NCBI GenBank assembly: GCA_964347455.1
Contig: CAYFYU010000012.1
Coordinates: 6,730-60,224 of the forward strand
Length of the DNA stretch: 53,495 nt
DNA from: an uncultured Spirochaetota bacterium
GTDB lineage: Bacteria > Spirochaetota > B62-G9 > DRHN01
Direction: 5' to 3'
Shown here: positions 48,908 to 53,495 of the stretch, one piece after another
Position numbering within the stretch: position 1 is the stretch's first letter
Layout: each line of letters begins with the position of its first letter
Made by a program: the position numbers and the translations under genes
Notes under the pieces: model-generated
What the model saw: only the letters and a program-made list of their open reading frames with translations
Databases searched by the model: none
What the model was told of the DNA's origin: nothing

Positions 48908-49386
48908 AAAAACTGTGCTTCTGTCTCATTGCTGTACTCATTTTTTTAGTACCATGTTTATCTTATGCACAAAAAGATGACCAATACGTAAGAAAAGACC
49001 CGATACTTGCGGGAGCACTCTCATGGTATGTCCCTGGTCTGGGACAGTTCTATTCAGGTGCTTTTTTAAAGGGTGCCGCTTTTTTGATCGTTGAAGAAGG
49101 ACTGCTTATTACGACCATAATTTCAGTGGCTGAGCTTGAATTAAGCGTGTCAAGTGGTGTAAGCCTTGGTTTGAATATTACCGCAAAGGACGATACGAAT
49201 CGTAATGAACGAACACTGGCAATTGTCATGGGTTCTGCTCTTGTTGTTGTCCACTTCGTTAACATTATTGATGCTGTAAATTCTGCAAGAAATTTCAACA
49301 GGCGTCAGGAGAACGGCCTCTTTGCCAATATGGGGTATAATCCCGACAAAAATGAGTATAACATCGGTTTGTCAGGCCGATTCTGA
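48904..49386 (+). CDS. Hypothetical envelope protein, paralogue A
   Basis: 160 aa with a signal peptide. The motifs DPILAGALSWYVPGLGQFY...KG and VNIIDAVNSARNFNRR are shared with the next gene. Confidence 0.5.
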   Translation: MKKLCFCLIAVLIFLVPCLSYAQKDDQYVRKDPILAGALSWYVPGLGQFYSGAFLKGAAFLIVEEGLLITTIISVAELELSVSSGVSLGLNITAKDDTNRNERTLAIVMGSALVVVHFVNIIDAVNSARNFNRRQENGLFANMGYNPDKNEYNIGLSGRF

Positions 49387-49448
49387 AAGGCCTATACATT
49401 AATAGAACCTCTGCAATAAGGAGTGTTCTTTTTAAGGATCTTCTTAGG

Positions 49449-50063
49449 ATGAAATGGAAACTTATAAGTCTTGTTCTCCTAACTATTCTATTTGCCCATA
49501 TTAATCTTCATTACGGTCGCGCAGAAGAACACTATAAAGGGCAGATTATTATAACTGAGGGTATAATTCTATCATCAGGCAATGGCATGCCTATCTCTCA
49601 GCTTCAAGATGAAGGATTGGCAGAAATACAACGCTTTGAAACAGAAAAGCTTTTGGTTAAACCGAAAGATCCCTTTATTGCTGGTCTTCTTTCCTGGTTT
49701 ATGATGGGCGTCGGGCAGATATACGTACAGGAATACTGGAAGGGGTCGATTTTTATTGCTACCGATCTCGCCAATAAGGTAGCACTGATCTTGCTCGTAT
49801 CGCATATTAACTCTAGGTATGGACCCTCAGATGATGAAATCGTCAATATTGATTGGGAGAGTTTTGATGCAGTAACAAAAGTATTTATTGTCTCCTATCT
49901 CGTCGAGTCTCTGGGTTTACGAATTTACAACGTCGTTGATGCAGTTCAGTCGGCTCACAGGTTTAACGAACGGTATTTTTCTGGCAGAGAGAGTAGCGGT
50001 TTTTCGTTCGATATTGAAGATGATGGGGTTTCACTCAATTACAATTACTGGTTGGGTGAATAA
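49449..50063 (+). CDS. Hypothetical envelope protein, paralogue B
   Basis: 204 aa with a signal peptide and the motifs DPFIAGLLSWFMMGVGQIY...KG and YNVVDAVQSAHRFNER. Confidence 0.5.
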   Translation: MKWKLISLVLLTILFAHINLHYGRAEEHYKGQIIITEGIILSSGNGMPISQLQDEGLAEIQRFETEKLLVKPKDPFIAGLLSWFMMGVGQIYVQEYWKGSIFIATDLANKVALILLVSHINSRYGPSDDEIVNIDWESFDAVTKVFIVSYLVESLGLRIYNVVDAVQSAHRFNERYFSGRESSGFSFDIEDDGVSLNYNYWLGE

Positions 50064-50066
50064 TTC

Positions 50067-50645
50067 ATGAAAAAAGTTGGTATTTTGTTTTTTTTTAATG
50101 TTATTTTCATTTATTTTGTAATATCCTCCCTCTTTGCGGATCCGCTGTCTGTACAATTTAACAATCATACTATTGAAAACAAAAAGATAAAAACATCCTA
50201 TATCATTGTGGGAGACATCTCCTATGATACAGTTGACGCGATTAAAAATGGGATAAGTGCAAAATTATTTGTAACCATTCAGCTGTCAAAATCCGCTGGG
50301 TTTCTCGGAATTGGGAAAAGCACCTTTGTCGAAAGAGCTGAGTCATTCGACATTTCATTTGATGTATGGGATAACAGGTTCATCATTGAGGATAAAAAAC
50401 GAAGAAACTCTTTTCAGGCGGCCAATGCATACGAAATAGTAAGTGCGATTAACTCCAACATTATTCCACTCACAATGGATATATCACCAATCAGGGGAGC
50501 GGAGCGTCTCTACCTGAGAGCAAAGATTAAGATACAGACGATTAAACTATTTCCCCCGTTTGGAATATTTCTGCTTTTTTTCGATCCCTGGAACTACGAG
50601 AGCGACTGGGAGAGAGTAGAGGTTGTCATTCAAAAGAGCAGTTAG
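50067..50645 (+). CDS. Hypothetical secreted protein upstream of the histidine kinase
   Basis: 192 aa with a signal peptide (ILFFFNVIFIYFVISSLFA) and a beta-rich sequence. No family confidently recognised. Confidence 0.45.
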   Translation: MKKVGILFFFNVIFIYFVISSLFADPLSVQFNNHTIENKKIKTSYIIVGDISYDTVDAIKNGISAKLFVTIQLSKSAGFLGIGKSTFVERAESFDISFDVWDNRFIIEDKKRRNSFQAANAYEIVSAINSNIIPLTMDISPIRGAERLYLRAKIKIQTIKLFPPFGIFLLFFDPWNYESDWERVEVVIQKSS

Positions 50646-50649
50646 AGGC

Positions 50650-52386
50650 ATGAAAATCCGAAAACTACTGAAAAAAGAAAATCTTCTCCTTACGATTGTC
50701 ATAATAGTATTTTCATTTTATTTTGCAGCAATAACCTTTGTTATATTCACCGTCGAGCCACTTGAGCTTTTGGAATCTCTCACCCGTAATAAGCTTCTGT
50801 TGATCACCCTGATATTGCTGTTTTCAATCATGTTATTTCTCGTCGTGTACAATGCAATTCAGATAGTAATTGACCGCGTGAAAAATCGGGAGGGATCGAA
50901 GTTCAGATTGAGACTAACACTTTTTTTCCTTCTCATTACTCTGATACCTATTGTACCGCTCTCACTCATTTCAAATAATCTTATCTCAAAAAGTATCAAC
51001 CTATGGTTTGTCAAGGGAATCGAAAGTTCTCTCGTTAACGCATTGGAAGTGTCAAAAGAGCTCTATCAGAAGTTGTCGGAGGAAAGTATTGCTGAATTAG
51101 AGAATCGCTGTGGTGACTGTGATTTGGAAGGAATTGCTGATATAACTTTTAAAAAAATTGACGGTATATTTTCGTTCTCTCCCCTGCTCAATCGGTTCGA
51201 GAAAATATATGTAAAGGATAACCGGGCAGGCACTGACCTTTTGAACTCACTCACAAGCGCCCAACTACCGAGCGATTCATGGAAGAGAATTAATGCAGGA
51301 GATACAGAGTATCTCATAATTCCAGCTAAATCCAATGCCGAAGGTACCCTCTACATTGCACGATCGATACCAAAACAGATAAGAGATTACGCGGGTACAA
51401 TTTCAGACGGACTCCAATACTACCGTACACTCAAAATAGTCAGGCAACCGATGAAAGGTCTCATTATTCTTTTCTTTCTTGTTATTACCCTTCCGTTTAT
51501 TCTACTATCCTTCTATTTGAGCCTCATTATTTCTCGACAGGTTACAGTTCCAATTGGTGAGCTTGCCCGGGCAACACAGAGAGTAGCAGAGGATGATCTC
51601 GAATATTCAATTAGGGTAAGTGCAAAAGATGAGTTGAAGCTACTCATCGATTCGTTCAATAGAATGACCAATGATCTCCGTGTGAATAAGGAGCTTCTTA
51701 AACATTCTGAGAGGAGTGCTGCCTGGCGCGATATTGCAAGAAGGATAGCTCACGAGATAAAGAATCCTCTAACCCCCATAAAACTCTCTGCTGAAAGAAT
51801 ATTGAAACTATACAAAAAGAATGACCGTTATCGAGAGGTTTTGACTAAGGGTATTAACACGATCATTACTGAGGTTCAAAATATTAACGAAATGGTCAAT
51901 GAATTCTCACAGTTCGCTCGCTTTCCGGATACTAAGCTGGGAAAGCATGACATTATTGCAACAATACATGATATATTGGATTTTTTAAGGGATACTCACA
52001 GAGACATCGTATTTAATTTTACCCACGATGAGGAAAGTGTGTATCTTCTGGTCGATGGACCACAAATACGCCGTGCATTGCTAAACGTTATCTACAATAG
52101 TGTTAATGCAGTTCAAGATAGCGGTGTTATATCGGTTGACTGTTATCCTAAGAGTGGGTCGGCTGAAGACAAGAACAAGTACATAGTAGCAATCTCGGAC
52201 AATGGCGGTGGTATTGATTCTGATATTCGCGACAAGATATTTGATCCCTATTTTTCAAAGAATAGTGAGGGCTCGGGACTCGGCCTTGCGATAGTTGAAA
52301 AGATTGTGCTTGACAACAGGGGCCGAATCTGGTTCGAGAGCAAGCTTGGAAAAACAACTTTCTTCATGGAGTTTCAGAGAGTATGA
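50650..52386 (+). CDS. Sensor histidine kinase, NtrY/AtoS-like (multi-TM, HAMP, HisKA, HATPase)
   Basis: ATG 50650. It has N-terminal TM segments, a HAMP-like linker (VPIGELARATQRVAEDDLEY...FNRMTNDL), the H-box RRIAHEIKNPLTPI and ATPase boxes DNGGGI and GSGLGLAIV. Confidence 0.85.
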   Translation: MKIRKLLKKENLLLTIVIIVFSFYFAAITFVIFTVEPLELLESLTRNKLLLITLILLFSIMLFLVVYNAIQIVIDRVKNREGSKFRLRLTLFFLLITLIPIVPLSLISNNLISKSINLWFVKGIESSLVNALEVSKELYQKLSEESIAELENRCGDCDLEGIADITFKKIDGIFSFSPLLNRFEKIYVKDNRAGTDLLNSLTSAQLPSDSWKRINAGDTEYLIIPAKSNAEGTLYIARSIPKQIRDYAGTISDGLQYYRTLKIVRQPMKGLIILFFLVITLPFILLSFYLSLIISRQVTVPIGELARATQRVAEDDLEYSIRVSAKDELKLLIDSFNRMTNDLRVNKELLKHSERSAAWRDIARRIAHEIKNPLTPIKLSAERILKLYKKNDRYREVLTKGINTIITEVQNINEMVNEFSQFARFPDTKLGKHDIIATIHDILDFLRDTHRDIVFNFTHDEESVYLLVDGPQIRRALLNVIYNSVNAVQDSGVISVDCYPKSGSAEDKNKYIVAISDNGGGIDSDIRDKIFDPYFSKNSEGSGLGLAIVEKIVLDNRGRIWFESKLGKTTFFMEFQRV

Positions 52387-53495
52387 AAACAGTCCTTGTC
52401 GTAGACGATGAAGAGAACATCAGAGAGACATTGAAGGATGTATTGGAGGACGAGGGTTATAAGGTATTTAATGCCGAGGACGGCAAGAAAGCCCTTGAAG
52501 TTCTCCACAAGAATTTCGTTGACGTTGTACTTCTCGATCTCTGGCTTCCCAGAATGGGGGGAATAGAAGTTTTACAGCAGATAAAGGGAATGGAGAACGC
52601 GATGCCCGTCATTATCATTTCGGGCCACGGTACGATTGATGCAGCAGTTAAGGCCACAAAGGAGGGTGCTTTTGATTTCATCGAGAAGCCTCTCTCCATT
52701 GATCGTGTTCTTAACGTGATCGGTCATGCGATAAAAATAAACGGGCTCAAAAAGGAAAACATTGCACTCCGCGAAAAGCAGCAGAATACCTATCATATGG
52801 TTCGAGGAAAATCAGTATCTTTCAGAAAAATTGAAAGTCTAATTGACAGCTGTGCAATGAGTAATTCCCGTGTCCTTATAACAGGAGAAAATGGTACGGG
52901 TAAAGAGGTGGTTGCTAGGAGAATACACCAGAAAAGTCAAAGGAGAGATACACCCTTCGTAGCTGTCAATTGCGCTGCTATCCCTCAAACACTCATAGAG
53001 GCTGAGCTGTTTGGGTATCAAAAGGGCGCATTTACCGGTGCTATAAGCGACAAGCGAGGTAAATTTGAAATTGCGGATGGTGGCACTATATTTCTCGACG
53101 AAATTGCGGATATGAGTAGTGAAGCACAGGCAAAAGTACTTCGCGTGCTTGAGGAAATGCAGATTGAGAGAATCGGTGGCGTTACTCCTATAAAGATCGA
53201 TGTCCGGGTTATTGCAGCAACAAACAAGGATCTGTCTGTACAGATAAGAGATGGTAATTTCAGGGAAGACCTGTACTACAGACTTAATGTTGTTCCTATC
53301 CATATCCCTGCACTTCGTGAGAGAAGGGAGGACATTTTTGAGCTCATCCAGTATTATCTGGATTATTTTGCTCATGACAGTAATAGAAAGAAGAAAAAGA
53401 TATCCGCGAATGCACAGGATTTTCTCATAGAAGATTATTCGTGGCCGGGGAATATCAGAGAGTTGAAGAATTTAATCGAACGGCTCACGATTCTC
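52383..53495 (+). CDS. Sigma-54-dependent response regulator (NtrC/AtoC class), 3' end outside the window
   Basis: It is absent from the ORF track because there is no stop in the window. ATG 52383 overlaps the kinase stop (ATGA). The receiver domain reads MKTVLVVDDEENIRE...VVLLDLWLP. The AAA+ domain has GENGTGKE, an intact GAFTGA, FLDEIA and RERREDI. Confidence 0.9.
   Translation, partial: MKTVLVVDDEENIRETLKDVLEDEGYKVFNAEDGKKALEVLHKNFVDVVLLDLWLPRMGGIEVLQQIKGMENAMPVIIISGHGTIDAAVKATKEGAFDFIEKPLSIDRVLNVIGHAIKINGLKKENIALREKQQNTYHMVRGKSVSFRKIESLIDSCAMSNSRVLITGENGTGKEVVARRIHQKSQRRDTPFVAVNCAAIPQTLIEAELFGYQKGAFTGAISDKRGKFEIADGGTIFLDEIADMSSEAQAKVLRVLEEMQIERIGGVTPIKIDVRVIAATNKDLSVQIRDGNFREDLYYRLNVVPIHIPALRERREDIFELIQYYLDYFAHDSNRKKKKISANAQDFLIEDYSWPGNIRELKNLIERLTIL

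Noticed and set aside
52839-53375. 178-aa ORF on the minus strand
   Set aside because: It is antisense to the AAA+ domain of the sigma-54 activator (GENGTGKE, GAFTGA are read on the plus strand).

Overview
The window reads as ordinary core chromosome of a spirochaete-type bacterium. This is inferred from three tandem FlaB-type core flagellins (N-termini MIINHNMSA / MIVNHNMSA / MIINHNVSA), flaG-fliD, HprK/HPr and lptCAB. I saw no transposase, integrase, phage gene, CRISPR array or recognisable defence island.

Gene order: mfd (3' part), M24 aminopeptidase, SurA-like protein, argS, a divergent small-gene pair, flaB x3, flaG, fliD, an unknown 330-aa protein, rho, rpmE, a sigma70-family factor, a 521-aa unknown (minus strand), tRNA-Ala, small unknowns, a cytoplasmic [NiFe]-hydrogenase (small subunit, large subunit, protease), metV-metF, tRNA-Pro and tRNA-Asp, a lipoprotein, an NlpD-like LysM/degenerate-M23 protein, a second sigma70-family factor, apt, an amidohydrolase, two cNMP-binding proteins, a lipoate ligase-like gene and PBP1A (both minus), two sensor-like membrane proteins, rny-ymdB, tlyA, pyrG, lptC/A/B-rpoN-hpf-hprK-ptsH, three small envelope proteins, an NtrY-like histidine kinase, and an NtrC-class sigma54 activator that runs off the 3' edge.

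Main observations:
1. rpoN is split by an exact 29-nt Illumina P5 adapter string (46921-46949). This is almost certainly an assembly or contamination artefact, not a pseudogene.
2. A near-consensus sigma54 -24/-12 element lies directly upstream of the first sigma70-family gene. With rpoN and an HK/EBP pair in the same window, this suggests an RpoN-to-alternative-sigma cascade like the Borrelia Rrp2-RpoN-RpoS pathway.
3. A signal-less [NiFe]-hydrogenase with no visible redox partner sits directly upstream of metV-metF. This may be an undescribed H2-to-methylene-THF module.
4. An orphan minus-strand intrinsic terminator with a C-rich loop lies opposite a strongly SD-preceded 29-codon plus-strand ORF upstream of PBP1A. 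It is a candidate sRNA or type I TA-like locus.
5. The flaB and rho genes have long, structured leaders.

All family assignments come from motif recognition by eye. No searches were run.
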